In this document: one piece after another, positions 26,101 through 40,607 of the stretch
Numbering within the stretch: the stretch's first letter is position 1
Layout of the letters: each line of letters begins with the position of its first letter
DNA from: Vicugna vicugna
Taxonomy: Eukaryota
Direction of reading: 5' to 3'
Length of the DNA: 64,000 nucleotides
Assembly (NCBI GenBank): GCA_013265495.1
Contig: MU058687.1
Location: 4,586,093 to 4,650,092, forward strand
The notes under the pieces: generated by a model
What the model was told of the DNA's origin: nothing
Seen by the model: the letters and a program-made list of their open reading frames with translations, nothing else
Databases searched by the model: none
Translations under genes and position numbers: made by a program

Positions 26101-28082
26101 ATACCACCGCCCCACTTGCCGCCCACAGCGTAACAGAAGAGCAGGCAGCCCTCGGTTTTCGAAAGGGTTGTATTCCAGAAGTTACTTTATGAATTCTCGG
26201 AGCTCAGATTATGCTTCTTTATTTAACAGCTACTAACCCAGGACATTCCCAATGTCCTAGTCTAGAACTACCATCGTCAGGGACCTGGCTCCATACATAG
26301 AAAATGTTTTCTATAAAGATATGTATTTTGGAATTCTAGTTGGGGATGCTGACAACAGATTTCTTACCACTGCAGATCTGATAACCAGGTCTGGGATACC
26401 CAGCCATGCACTTTCTGCCTCCAGACACCCAGTGAGGGTATGTCTGGTGTCTGGGTCAAGGGGGAAGTGAAGAGACGGCTCAGGGACAAGAAAGAGGCTC
26501 CAGCTGGAAAAGCTGTGCTGCCATGTGGATGTTCTGGGGTGGAGTGAAGAGGAGAGTCTGCAATGTCTGGGGGCAATAATGGAAGTGGGCGGGGCTGGGG
26601 ACATGAGATAGACGGGATGGACACTGAAGGGACCAGCTCTTTGGTGGTTGATAACGAAGAGAAGCAGTTCATAGTTCACGTAAATTCCACACTTTCTGTT
26701 GAGCACCCAATTCTATTTGTGCCAGAAAAGTGAGCAAAGTTGAGTGACATGCAGTTTCCCCTGTCCAGACCTTCTGTGAGGGGAGGAGACATGCCCAGAT
26801 GCAGATTAGCATTCGTGGGGACGATCTGTTCGGTCCCAGGCTGGAAATTCAGTGAGAGCTCATGGAGGAGAGCTCTGTTGTGATGTAAGGGTTAGGAACA
26901 CTTGGTGGAAGAGGAGGCATTTGGGGTGGGCCTGAGGATTTGACTTGCCCGAGGGAGGGAGGGAAGAGAAGGAAGAGGGAGGGTGCAGTCAAGGTCCAGA
27001 GGTGGGAAGGTGGGGGGGCGTGTGGCGAGAAGGAGAGTGTGCTGTGGGGCATGTAGAGGAGCAGAGGGCTGGAAAGTCATGGCTTCACCTTCCAGAATTG
27101 GTTTTGTTCTTCAGCACCATGTATCCTCCTTGGCCTCCAAAGATGCTCCAGCCCCACAGACAAGTAATAGCTGTGGTCGGCTAGAAGGAGTGAAGCTGGG
27201 AAAGCGTCCTGAAGAGAGAGCCTGAGGCTTTAAGAAGCTGGCTGCTGGGAGCTAGAGGTCAAGGAATTTTCCCCTACTTCTTGCCTTTCCTCTCACCCCA
27301 ATGCCACCCAGCCCATTGTGTGATTCTCAGATCCCAATCAGGTGGGAGTAGGGAGAGAAGCATGGTTTTGGAGCTCAGATTATGTCTTGGGGTATCCTGG
27401 ATGTCAGCAACAGGGGAACACAGGGAAAGGAGGTTTTTGAGAAAATAGGGAGGACTTGGAATGCTGATTCACATGCTGTATGAAATGGGTTGTGAGAAAG
27501 ACTGGGTTAGACTGCATTTCACGAAATAGTCATAAGCCCCTGTTCTCTTGGGCCCTTTTGCCCACCATTTTCTGTAAAAGGACAGGTGAAGTGTCCGATG
27601 CTCTAGTTTCTCCCCAGGCACATAAACCCCTGTTATGGAGGCCAGGGTTGGGGGTGCTCTCTGGACGTGGGAAAAAAAGAAGGAGTGAGAGAAGAAGGAG
27701 AATCTTTGTAAATCAGTTTTTTTCAAATGCACAAGGCTTCTTCTAAAAAGTTGAAATAGTTATTTCTGTGTCAGGAATTAGGTGAGAGAACAGATGTGCA
27801 CCGAGAGGCAGCCAGGCAGACTGTAAGCCCTGTGCATAGAAGAGGCCCTTCAAAGCAGAGAGAGTCCGTGCTTCAGAGAAGGCAGATGGCTACTGATGTT
27901 CGCAGAGGCCTGGGGTGAGCAGGTGCTTCCCGGTCGATACCAGCACCGTGTGAAGGAGGAGTGGGCTGGCTCTCAGCCTCCACTTCCTCTGTCAACCACC
28001 AGGGCCTCTGTGTCTGCTGCTGGAATTCAGTCTGCCAGATCAGATCGCTGCAGCTGGAGGTTAGAGCTTTACACACACATTG

Positions 28083-28084
<2 letters not shown>

Positions 28085-28118
<34 letters not shown>

Positions 28119-28125
28119 TGTGTGC
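28085..28125. repeat. (GT)n microsatellite
   Basis: Direct reading. Confidence 0.9.
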
Positions 28126-28819
28126 ACACACACCCTCTCTGGCCTGTATGCTTGACTCCAGTCTTAATAATGAACTATTAGGGAAATGGAATTCTAATCA
28201 CTACCTGTCTTGTGACCATTCCCAAGTGGAAGGACACAAAGGCTTTATATTAAGATTCAGAGCAACTTGGAAACTGTAGTTTTAAGCCTTGAACAACATT
28301 TTTTGAAGGAATCCTCTTATTAACCACATGTATAGAAACTTCCATGTTGTCGGCCAGAGAATATCACATTCATCTAACATACTAGGTGAGTATGGGCATA
28401 AATTAAAAGAAATGACCAAGCCTACTCTCTAAATGAACATGCTGACATTTGAGTATCATGTACACATCAATACACTTTGGAAGGTCTCTCTCTTCCCTAC
28501 GTGAGTTCAGGTGGAATGCTCAACTCCTATAAAAGCGTGATTTGATGTCTTCGTAAGATTTGTGTGCATATGTGCCTTATTCACTAGTAATCAGAGGTAA
28601 GCCGGAATGGATTAACAATCAAATTAGGAGGTAGTGATATGGTTCTTATTTTTATTAGTGTTTTTATGAATCTTTGAACGCTTTCTCTTTCTAAAATTCA
28701 GTTTACTCATCTGTTAAATAAGACTTTTAGAGTAATCAGTGGTTCTTAAATATTTGGGGGGCATGAACTTCTTTAAAAATCTGAAAATAAACAAACCTTT
28801 GCACCTTCTTTCCAGGGGG

Positions 28820-28821
<2 letters not shown>

Positions 28822-28859
<38 letters not shown>
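28822..28859. repeat. (AC)19 microsatellite
   Basis: Direct reading. Confidence 0.95.
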
Positions 28860-28861
<2 letters not shown>

Positions 28862-29156
28862 AGACTAAATTGAATGTGGTTTCAGGAAGGAGTTTTACAG
28901 ATCATTTTCAGGGCTGTCATATTCAGCTGTAGAAGTTATGCACTACATAAATATGTAGTTTAGAATTATAGAACTCCAAGGGGCACAGTTCATACAGACT
29001 GATGATAGCACCTGGAGGTGTGCAAAGAGGTGGCCTTCTTTATAGCAGTTCCTCAAACTCCAGGCAAAGAACTCTTGGGCCAAGTGAGCTCTAAGATTCT
29101 TTGTGGATCGGAATGTCTCTGCTTCCACAAATATCATTATTATTACCAAGAACCTT

Positions 29157-29543
29157 GTATCATTCAGCTCAGGCTGCATAACAAACAAAGTACAACTGAC
29201 GAGGTGGCTTTAGCAACAGAAATGCACTTCCTCGGAGTGCTGGAAGTGGAAGTCCGAGATCCAGGCGCCAGCGGGTGAGGTTTCTCCTGAGGCCTCCTCT
29301 CTCCTTGACCTGCAGATGGCCACTTCCTCTCTCGGTCTCACATGGCCTTTTCTCCACGCCTGCACACTCCTGGTATTGCTGCTTCTTCCTATAAGGACAC
29401 CAGTTCTATTGGATTAGGGCCCCACCCTTATGACGTCATTTAATTTTAAGTATCTCTTTAAGGGTCCTTGTTCCAAAACCAGTCCCATTTAGGGGTTAGG
29501 GATTCAACATATGAATTTTAGGGAAACACAGTTGGGTCTACAA
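29157..29543. mobile_element. MLT1 (ERVL-MaLR) solo LTR
   Basis: GGAAGTCCGAGATCCAGG...TATAAGGACACCAGT...GGATTAGGGCCCACCCTTATGAC...GGTTAGGGATTCAACATATGAATTT. Confidence 0.82.
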
Positions 29544-32500
29544 CCCCAAACTGATCAGTGCATTGCAGAGAGTAACGGTTAGCTAGGTGAATCAAAACAT
29601 CTTTCAAATCTCCTCCACATCAAAAAAAAAAAAAAAGACAAAAATTAGAATAAACTATGCTGATTTCTGAAATGGGGATTTATAATTGATAACCAAAATC
29701 TATCTGCGACTATTCTTATCACAGAGGTGTTTTCTGTATGTTTGTTTCTTTGCTTTTGGGGTTTTTTGTTTGTTTGTTTAAGTAGTAAAACCAAACAAAA
29801 ACAAAAAATCTTTTTAAAAACTTGGTAGTGTAGAAGTAGGTTAAATTTGTTTGGAATTGCTCGTGAAGAGCCCTGGTCAAGTGTTACATGTCCTGGGGGA
29901 GAGTGTAAGTTGGGGGAGAAGGAATTACCATAACCTATAAGCATCTTTAGTTTTTGCTTTTCTTTGGGCCATGCATGTAATCATCTTCCTATGACGTAAA
30001 TCAAGCAACCAGAAAGCCCTTCCACATCTGGTAAATGGGGGCCGGGGGAGTTGGGGCCTTGCTATTTCTGAGTCCCGAGTTTTCCTTTAACTGCAGTGGG
30101 AGAGCAGGGGCGGAGGAGAAAAGGCCAAGAGTTTCTCATAGTTTTTTAAAAATTTATTATTGCTCCCCCAGTGTCACATTTAGTAACCACCATCCGCTGA
30201 GTAAGTCCCCAAGCAACCCCCATTGTACACCCACCCCTAACTCCCCGAGTCCTAGCAGGAGCTAAATAAGAGACGGCAAGGAGAAGAGGGTTAGAAAATA
30301 CGCTGCCTGCTCTTATCCCCAAAGCTTCACCGTGACTCTCTGACTGTTTATTTAGCAGTGAGTCAGACCTGTTCCTTAGTGGTGTTCAGACCCTCCAAGA
30401 ATGTTCAGCATCTGTCCAATAGCACACTCTCTTTTTGTCCTTCTCTTTTTGGATGCACTCACCTTTCTGTGTTATCTTCCGGACGCCAGCGAGGTATACA
30501 TTTTAGGGAACTGCATCTATCAAGCACCGCGACTCCCTCTGTGATCCTTTACTCCCACACAGACACACTCCCTGGGTGAGACGGCTCTCTCTCTGCCTGA
30601 ATTGAGCTAAGATAAATGCTGCGGAAGACGTCTGCCTCTTGTACCACCCCTCCCCTGTGAATTTTCTTGATTTCCTAGAGGATTCACAGCAAATGCTTGG
30701 TCTTCTGCATTCATTTGCTTGAAATTAACTAGTAGGTTGTTGGCCAAGCAAGGGAGGAGAGAGCTACAGCAGGGGAAGTAAATAGCAGGAGCACTCACGC
30801 CAGCAGGAATTATTATCCCAAAGTTGTGCTCTTGTTAGCCTCAGTTTCTAGTATACAAATTTAAATTTTAGAAAACTGGGAATCTACAGGAGATAGTCTA
30901 TGGTTAAGTGAGTTGCCTGATGTCTGGCAATTAATGTTAGAGCCAAGAATTAAAATCCAGTTATTTCCCCTTCTAAAGCAGCATTACAATATATCTCTCA
31001 ACCACATCATATTACACCATGAGAAATCATGTATAACAGAATCCCTTCTTCATTACAACTTGGTTTAAGGGGACAAAAATGTGGTCTTTCTCCTGGTATA
31101 ACTTTCAAAAGCCTTCTGATTTTCTCTAGCTCCGAGTTATATACACATGCTTTTTGTCTATTCCTTTATGGCCCAAGATTAAGCTCTGTGTACCTCACTG
31201 TTAATGATGATGTTGCTCGGATCAAAGTTCTCTTTTGGAATATTGTTTCTAGGATTTTCACTTAGAGGGGATCAAAAGTCAGAAAGCGTCAGATGCATTT
31301 TCTTGGCATTTAGTTTCCAGGTTGAGCAGTACTTTTTAAAATTATAATTGATTTTGTCAGGATCTTGGGTTTTGGAGTAAAGACTGGCAGTCTCAGAAAA
31401 TGAACGTCTTCTCGGTTCATAAAATAGTAACAAGATAGGAATAAATGTTCTGGGGACTCCTTCGGATCTACAGTGGTAAGGGAGCAACTTCTGAGATAAA
31501 GGGCTTGGCTGTCATTTGTGACAGGAACACAGGCAGCAAACCTATTTATTCGTATTTTCTAAGACTCCAATAATTTTGTGAACAACTACAAGTTATCTGA
31601 ATATAAAATACATTATGGATTAGCAGCTAATTTAATGCAACCCTCAGTGGCCTTTCCCATATTCAGATAGTGAACATAAACTCTTTTTAGCCTGTAAAGT
31701 GTAAATTGCCCAGGCACTATGTTATAAGAATTAATATCTAGTGCAAATATTTGGGCATCATTTAATTCTAATATATATAATTGAAAGTTGTTTATGTGAA
31801 ACCTATATATATACATATACACACACATATATATTTGCTTTGTGTTGCACAAGAGAGCACAAATGAAGTATAAGCCGTCTAATAGCTAACGCTCTGAGAC
31901 AAACGTTTGTCATTTGCTTTATTTCATTTTGACATGTATATTGCGTAACTTGTGCTGAACATTGTTATTTTAAAAAAAAGAAGAGAATTAGAGAGAAAAA
32001 CTTGATCTCAGGCCCCTTTCTGAAGGCATCCCTCTAATATTCCATTACATACAGAAAGTGATAATTAAGAGCATAGAAATGGCACACATGTGAATTTATC
32101 TCCTCTCATTCATCGTTTTACTTATCTAATTTATCTCATTTCAATGATAAAATGAGAGCTCATTTAATTTGTTCAATCACAGATACTGCAGATTTTCTTG
32201 TAATTGATTCAGACTGTTACTGCACTGTGGACAGAAGATACGGAGTGCAATGATTGATTCTTCATTATCTGTTTATGATCCTAATACATGACTACTTTTT
32301 GCACTATGCCTCATATGTTTTCTAAAGTGTGGAACTCTCTAACTAGTCTGTCTAGGATTGCAGGTATGTCCATTATTTCTGGTCTGTTAATTATGCTTTT
32401 TAAACTAGTTATGGCCTTTTCTCCACAGCTTATTCTAAGGTTTAAAAAGAAGGATATTTTTTCAATAAATAGTTACTATTAAGTTGTTGATGTGGGTTGT

Positions 32501-32589
32501 AAATTCTGGAGAATCAGCAATAATCAAACAAACAAAAACACCTACACCAATTGAACATATATTTTAGTGGGAAGGGGTTGATCATGGAT

Positions 32590-34320
32590 TTGTCATTTTA
32601 TTCTATCATTATGTGCTTTATATATTTTGAGGCTCTGTTATTAGGGATATACAGATTTAGGACTGTCGCATCCCCTGGGTTAATGATTTTTCTCAGGACA
32701 CAGTGGTAATGTTTTTGGCAATAATGTCTGTTTTGTCTCAATAATATTTCTAAACCTCTTTTCCTTTGGTTAACATTTGCCAAGTGTATTAGTTAGAATA
32801 TTGATTTGAGGGTATGGTAGTTATACTTTTCTAGGTCATGGGTTACTTTTCTCTTGTTTCTCAGCCATACTGCCTTGGGCCGTTGACTGGTTCAGGCTTT
32901 TCTATGTCTTGTTTAAGCATTGTTATGTGGTCTCAGTTAAAAACAGCCAAATCAATTATCCTAATTAATATACCTAGCAAATGTCTACCAAAAGAAAACT
33001 GACACGATGCCCTCAGTCACATGGTTGAGGTTGACTCATCTCCAGATCCACATTCCAGAAAAGGGACAAAAAGGAAGTAGAAAGCAAATAGAAAGCAAGT
33101 CATCATTCTCTTAAGATATTACTTGGAATTTGCATTAATTACTTGTGTAGCATTCCGCAACAGAGTAGTAAATTGATTTAGATCATAGATTCAGTAGATA
33201 AGTGACTTGGATTCAAATCCTGGCTCTCCCGTGTAGTAGCTATGGCAAGTTACAATTTGTACCTTCTTTCCCCAGTTGTAAAATTGGGATGATAATAGTA
33301 CGTGGTTTACAAGCATTAAGAAAAAGTTGGTTATTATTCTTGTTTTGAAGCCACTACAAACAAGTTGTTGATGGTGGTAGTGATAGTGACACGGTGCTTA
33401 CTTAGATTTAGCCCCGTCATACCAGTTCCTTTTACGCATCATTTCCTTTTGAATGTCACTCTTTTTCTCTGGGATTATTTTCTTCATACTGAAGCACGTT
33501 CTTCAGTGGTTATGCCAGTGACAGTCTCTGAGTGGTGAGCTTTCTCAAACTTCCTTCATCTGAAAATGTCTTAGGTTTGCCTCCACTCTTAAATGACTTG
33601 ACTAGTTAAATAAATCTGGATTGAAAGTCATTTTCTTTCAACACAAAGCTATTTTTTTCATTGTCTTGTAGGCTTTACTTAAAAATAATCTGTTGCTTTT
33701 AAGATTTTTATTTTAGTTTTGGTGTTTTTGGTTTCATTATGATGAACCAAAGTGTGGCTATTTCTCTTTTTTCTTTCCTACTTAGGATCTTGTAGTATAA
33801 GATTTTACATTACTTAAATATAAAAAATTCCCAACCATTATCTTTTTGAATATTACCCTCTCTCCAATGTTCTCTACTCTCTTCTTCTAGAAATCCTAAC
33901 AGACATATGTTGGTCTTTTCATTTGCTCTTTCATGATTCTTAATCTCTTTTGTATTATCCAAATCTTTTTCTGTCTGTGCTACATTTTAGGAAGTTTCCT
34001 CGGGTCTTTACTTCAGTTCATTAATTCCCCCTTCAGTTATAGTTACATAATCCATCCATTGACTTAAAAAAAATTCATTGACTGTGTTGCATTTTCAAAT
34101 GATTTTAGTTCTTTCTTAAGTATGCCCATTATCACATTAGTTTTTTTTTTTTTCCCTCTGAGGTTTCTATAATTTCTTTAATTGTTTCAACCATACTTTC
34201 TGGCAACTTCTTTCAGATTGTTTTCTTGTCTCATATGTCTTATTCTCCCACTGTTGTGTCTGTTACTTCTCTCTCATGGTGGATTATCTTCTTACTGGAT
34301 TATTACCGTTCTTATAATCT
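32590..34320 (-). mobile_element. Highly diverged L1M fragments with nested MIR (about 33190-33330)
   Basis: T-rich + strand with old L1 antisense motifs (TATATTTTGAGGCTCTGTTATTAGG; CTTCATCTGAAAATGTCTT; CCATTATCTTTTTGAATATT). Confidence 0.55.
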
Positions 34321-36020
34321 TACTTTGTGTTGATGTTGCTGTAGGAGCCACTCATACCTCTAGAGTAATATTCCTGAGGAGTGTTTCAACTTATTCTGAC
34401 ACTGAAATGGTGTGTGATATTAAACAAGTCATTCTCTGTCTCAGTATCTCAGTTTTTCTGACTTTCTTAGATGTCTTCTAAGTACCTAACTCTCTTTTTT
34501 CTTCTCTAAACCAGCTGCTGAGGAGGAATGGCCTTGTCTTGGCTAAAAAGAGAAGAGTAGTTTTGCTTTTAGCCCAGGATTTTCAAGATGCATGTCTTTA
34601 TTTAAGGGGATTCAGTTTTATTTGTGTTCAGTCCACCATGATTCCCTCCTGGGAGGTACAGGACAATAGGGCAAGCGAGTCAGTATCCTCTAACCAGAGC
34701 AATGAGCTCTTCACCAATGAAAAGTGCCCTCTGAGATCACAGGGACAGCAGCTGTGTAGGTGTTGCTAGTAGTGGGGGGAGAAAACAATCTTTGGTATTT
34801 AATAAAATTGTTAATGTGGCTAGAGACAACCTTTACCGCGTGCAACAATGCAAAATGAAGTTTTAGTGCAATGACACTAGATTCACTTTACAGAAGTCTA
34901 AAATGTCTCACCTCAGTGCGTGAGGTTTTAATGAACAAGGGAACAAGGGTGTGCTATGATTTTTGTAGCATGAAGGAATTGGGTTTGAGCCTCAAAATAA
35001 GGCTAAGAGATTACATTTAAGTAAATGCAGAAGTGAAGGGCAAATAGAAAATTTAAAAGAAATTTTAGATATAAGTTTGAAAAGAAACTTAGAGGTTATA
35101 TACTCCATCCTCTCATTTACTGCAAAACAGCGATTTCGGTGTCCTCAAAAGGCTTCTGCTGCTTGTACATTTCCTGTGATGGAGAGCCCACTGCCTTGCA
35201 AGACATCCCTTCCAATTTTGTAATGGCCCCAAATATTGAAAAGTTCTTCCTTATAATGAGATGCTTGCATATTTTGGAGATATATTATGTGTGTGTGTGT
35301 GTTTGTGTGTGTATACACACACATATATGTATCTCTACATATATATATATGTATCTACACATCTGCGAAATGTTCTATCCTAGAGTAATTAATTATATGT
35401 CAATACTATTTCATAAACATCCATTAGATATCTTATATTGTCCTGGTATTGTGTTAAGTTTCAGATAGGGAATATTGCAATCTCCATTTTACTGGTGAGA
35501 AAAACAGATTTTCAAAGGCTAGGCAACGTTTCCAAGGTCACATCATTGCTAAATAGTGGAGCAGGGATTTGAACATACGCTATCTGGCCTTCAAATTTAA
35601 GCTGTTTGACCCTAAGCCCAGATCCCAGTTCCCTATATGATTCCTCTCTAAATCATGTAGGGGGGCACAGATATAAACCCAACTGATAATAATGGAATGT
35701 GACAAATGTTAACAGAAGATAGGAAAGAACAACTAATTCTGCTTGTTCAGATTGGAAATGGCAGATTTTGAAGACATAGATACCATCAGTGCCAAAATAT
35801 TGTTATCTCAAATGTTGTTTCATCTATTTTAAGAACAGCCTATTTCTCCTACGATGACATAAACTTACATCTCAGTATTCCCTTGTCCTCACCATCAGTT
35901 TTGGAAAGTGTGAAATCCTCAGTATCACTGAGAAATGCCCTTATTACTCATCTTGCAAACATTTTTGGAGCTGCTTAGATAACACTTTGTACCTTCTGTT
36001 CGGGGAACATTCATCTCATT

Positions 36021-36040
36021 CCCCCCCCCCCCCCCCCCCC
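36021..36040. repeat. C20 homopolymer
   Basis: Direct reading. Confidence 0.9.
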
Positions 36041-36237
36041 AAATTTTTTTTTTGATGGATTTAAGACTGCATCAAATCAAGGAGAAAGTGGTCAGTAATT
36101 TTAGATCTCTGTCCCTCTGTCTTAGAAGATACACTCTTCATGGAATGGTGATGAGGTGGACACGTGAATGAGACGGATGCTTCAACTACGATGTTCCTAG
36201 AATTAAATGGTAGTCTGATGAATTGAATCCAATGGAT

Positions 36238-36688
36238 TTTTTTAACATTTTTTATTGATTTATAATCATTTTACAATGTGTCAAATTCCAGTGTTCAGCA
36301 CAATTTTTCAGTCATTCATGGACATATACACACTCATTGTCACATTTTTTTCTCTGGGATTTATCATAACATTTTGTGTATATTTCCCTGTGCTATACAG
36401 TGTAATCTTGTTTATCTATTCTACAATTTTGAAATCCCAGTCTTTCCCTTCCCACCCTCCACCCCCCTGGTAACCACAAGTCTGTATTCTCTGTCCATGA
36501 GTCTATTTCTGTCCTGTATTTATGCTTTGTTTTTGTTTGTTTGTTTGTTTTTGTTTTTGTTTTTGTTTTTTAGATTCCACATATGAGCGATCTCATATGG
36601 TATTTTTCTTTCTCTTTCTGGCTTACTTCACTTAGAATGACATTCTCCAGGAGCATCCACGTTGCTGCAAATGGCATTATGTTGTCGG
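36238..36688 (-). mobile_element. Young 5'-truncated L1 (3'UTR plus last codons of ORF2)
   Basis: Minus-strand translation includes NIMPFAATWMLLENVILSEVSQKEKEKYHMRSLICGI*, the L1 ORF2 C-terminus. TSD CCAATGGAT at 36229-36237 and 36689-36697. Confidence 0.92.
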
Positions 36689-38299
36689 CCAATGGATATT
36701 TTAGTATCTGAAAAGTGATTGCGTGGAAGAAATTAGACACAGGAAAACTCCTGGCTATGCTACAGTTTAACTTTTTATTTATATGGTTTTTATTTGACAT
36801 CTTTGAATATAGCAGCCCTGTCATTTGAGATAAAAACAGTCTCCGAGCTGTGAGTTTCCTGGCCTCTCCTCCCCTTCTCCCCACCGTGCCCCTCCCTTTC
36901 CTTCCCTTTTCTTCTCTTGCTTCCTTTCTCTTCCTTTCCTTCCCTTCTCTTTACTTTTGTTGCCTTTCCTTATCCCATGAAACACCTGATTTTGTTTTTA
37001 TTTAAAGGGAAAAGTTGACCCCGTTTTGAGATTCTCAGGGCTTAACCATCTAAGTGACTGGTGAACGCCAAGCTTAAAGCTTGCCTCCGTTCGGAGGCCC
37101 TCGGTGGATGATTCCACCCCACACTGATAATCTCCTTACTTTACGTGTCTGCCTCTCTGCCTGTTTGAAGTCATTCAAGGCCAGCTTCGTAATAATAATG
37201 AACCTGAACATTGTTCTTTTCAAATACATCTTCTCGCTTAACCCTAAAAACAATCCTAGGAGCTTTGAATTACTCATACTTACACTATTGAGGAAACAGG
37301 CTTACCAAGTTTAAAGTAACTTGCTCGAGCCACAGGACCAATAAGCAGTGATTCAGGATTTGCACTCTGGTACTTTGACATGAGGTTCACATGTCACCTT
37401 GTGTATGAATCGCTCCTAATGGCCCCTTCTCTCCCCTCAGTGGAGTAATTTCACTCTCTATTCTTTTGTATACTTTGTTTATACCTTTATTCTAGCCTTA
37501 CCACATTGTATTTGGGAAGATGTATATATGGATGGAATTTATGGTTTGTCTTTTATTTTTTTTTTCCCTGCTAAATTATGAACTTCTTGAGGCCTTAAAT
37601 CCTCTCTTGTTCATCCTGAAGTCCCCTGGACTCCAGCTGGTGGCTTGCCCGTAGTTAGAATAAATGTGCTGTTCACGAAATAGATGAACTGATGCACCCA
37701 CATAATTGTTTCTTTCTTTGCTGAGTAGAATCTAGTCCAGAGGTACATTATCAGTAACTTCAAAAAAAGTTTATTGAATTATAATGAAATACCAAATAAG
37801 TGGAAATTATTAAAAAGATTTAAAGCTGTGCCTTTTGGGGGAAAGCCAAATAATTGGAATTTATTATTTATTTAAAAGAAGAAGGTGAGAAAATAAAACA
37901 ATGGGGAAAAGAAGTAACCAGAGAGCCCTTCCAAATCCCAAAGCAGACTGAGGTTGTGTGAGTTCCTGTGCTGGAAAATGGTTACTTGTGAAACAGGGCT
38001 GGGCTTCCATAGGCGCTATTATCTGGTTCTGGTTCCACGGTGAGCTGTATTATTTTGGAGTTGGCTTAAAGGATATTTGTGAGAAGGAGGCGATTAAGCT
38101 GCTCCCCATTCTGCAAGATAAGGGCAAAGAGAATCCACTGAGTCAGGTAACCCGTGGGAGTGACTTTCAATTCTATGTTTTTAAAATTGCCGGGGGAGCT
38201 TTTTGTTTATTCAGTCCTCTTGAGATTTGTCACCAAGAAGAGAAAACCATTAGCAGAGAGAAATTTCCCGGAGTCATCTGGAGAATTATTTTTATTACT

Positions 38300-38540
38300 C
38301 ATATTTACTGACCATTTACTGTGTGCCAGGAACTATTTATATACACTGGACATAGAATAACTTTCTAAATCCTCACAACAGACCATTTGGATAGATAGTA
38401 TGATTATCCCGATTTTATAGATGTAGAAGCTGTGACAGAAAGGGGCTAATAAGGACCTTGTCAACATTTTCCACAGCAGCTAAAAAGCAAAATCAGGATT
38501 GAGCCTAGCCAGCCAAGCACCAGAGCCCAAATCTAAATCT
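38300..38540 (-). mobile_element. MIR SINE
   Basis: CATATTTACTGACCATTTACTGTGTGCCAGG...AATCCTCACAACA...ATTATCCCGATTTTATAGATG. Confidence 0.7.
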
Positions 38541-40607
38541 GCAGGCACTCTAACGTGTCTTCTAAATGTTTGGTTTGATAATTTTCCCATAAACATGCAA
38601 GTGATATGACTACTTGTTATAGAAGAATCATTCACTCTGTTTGAGGCACTAAAACTGGATAAAGATTTGCATGATTTCCGATAACCAGTGCAAGCTTGGT
38701 GAACACTCACAGGGGCTTCAATGCCCAAATCTCTCTATGAGGAAACAACTGATTCCTGTCCTTGATTAAAAGCAAAATTTGTTTCCATGATAAAATAATT
38801 TCACTTGGATTTTGAAGGAAGCTGACTAAGGTTTACACAGGAACATGTCATCTTTTTATTTTCCTTGGAGAAATGTGTGAAATTCTAACGAAGTAGCTAT
38901 CCCGAAGCCATTGATCAAATGCAAGAGATCTGGAGAATTTCCTAGAGAGATTTTTCTCAACATCCAAACTCCTGATATCCCCACTTCAGCCACAAGGAGG
39001 ACACGAGAACAACTATAGATGTTTATATGAAGGATAAGTTAAAGGAACCAAAGCCACAAATATATTCTCTCAAGTATAAAATTATACAAGGACGCCATCG
39101 TCTTTTTTTTAAATAAAATAGTTGTAGGAGTGATACTTAAAAGAATAAAGCTTCTCTTTTATACTCCCAAATGTAAAATATAATCAAAATCTGCTTTTTT
39201 GCAGGATGGCTTTCTTAAATAAATAAGCAGAAGGATGAATTATGTGGCTATAAATAAACCTACTGACATATAATAAAGCAAAGTTCGACTGTTTTATGGA
39301 ACCCTTGGATATATTTATAGCTATGTTAACAGTCACCTGTATTTTTTCGGGACTTTTACTTCATTTCACGTTATGAGAGTTTAAGTTATTTTTGGTTTTT
39401 TTCCCCTTCCCCTAAACTTACTTTCTGAACCCTTATGTAGAGAGACAAGGATTTCTATTATTTATATTTGGAAAAAGAGGGCCCTCACCGAAGCACAGAA
39501 GCAGGCAGCTCCAGTGTTTTCCATGTCTGTGCAGTCATATCAGATTTACCTGCAGCAAACATCTGGACAGGTGTCTCCTGCCAGCAGCGCAGTGGATCAT
39601 ACGGGTTTTTCCAAGTGGAGCTAAGCGTGGTTCTTCCTGTGAAATTATTTACACTTTTCAACTTTAAATCTGTAGTGAGCATAACATTTCTACATCTATT
39701 CCTCTTCCTTTCTATCCTAAAAATGGACTCTCATCTTCATCCTATAGCTCCCTGCTTCTTTCTCAAGTGTTCTCGCTCAAAGGACCCACTAGAAAAGATA
39801 TCTCAGGAGGAAAGAGGGAGCTTTTGGTGGTGGTCCAGGTGGCGGCAAATCCTTCAGCCGGAGCTCTAGCCGCAGGCAGTGTTTAGGAGTTATCACTGGA
39901 GCGAAAAAATCTAGAAAAAAAATTTCATATATCAGCCTAATACAAACTCTAGTAGAGCTGAAAATAATGGGAATTAGAAAAGAAGTCTACGTAGGAATGT
40001 GTTGACTAGAGGAAGAGAGAGGAGGGAAAGAACGCAAATGAAAAAAAATGAAGTGTGTTTATTGGAGGACATTCATTTTATCAGGATAATTGTTGGTTAT
40101 CTCTTTAAAATAGAACAAGAAAAATAAACCAGCCTTGTGTTTGTCCTTTGATAAGTCTCCTTAGTACTCAACTCGGTCCCCGAATGGAATCAGCTTTACT
40201 GGAATTCACGGATACTTCTTTTGACATTTTGCAAAAAAGTAAATAAATAAATTATAAGTATGACAAGTAAAATGAATAGTTCCAGCTGTGATGCACCAGC
40301 AGCATTTCCAGATTTTGTACTGCATTAAGGATTTATTTTCACTTTGTTGCCTAGCAGAGAATTAACTGCAAGGTCCATCTAAGCTTCCCATCCTTCCTTG
40401 GGATGAAGGAGAAAAAAAAAAAAAACAGTTTCCAACACTCAATGCCAATTTAGAAAAGAAGAAAAATGTTAAGTGGCTAGACGTTCAACTCATCCGTTCT
40501 GGAAATAGGTGTCTCTGGGGATCAGTGTCACTAAAGCCAGATAAATGGTTCTGTGAAACGAATCGTGTATGAAGATGTGAGTCTGAGGTTGGCAACTGAT
40601 GCACTGG

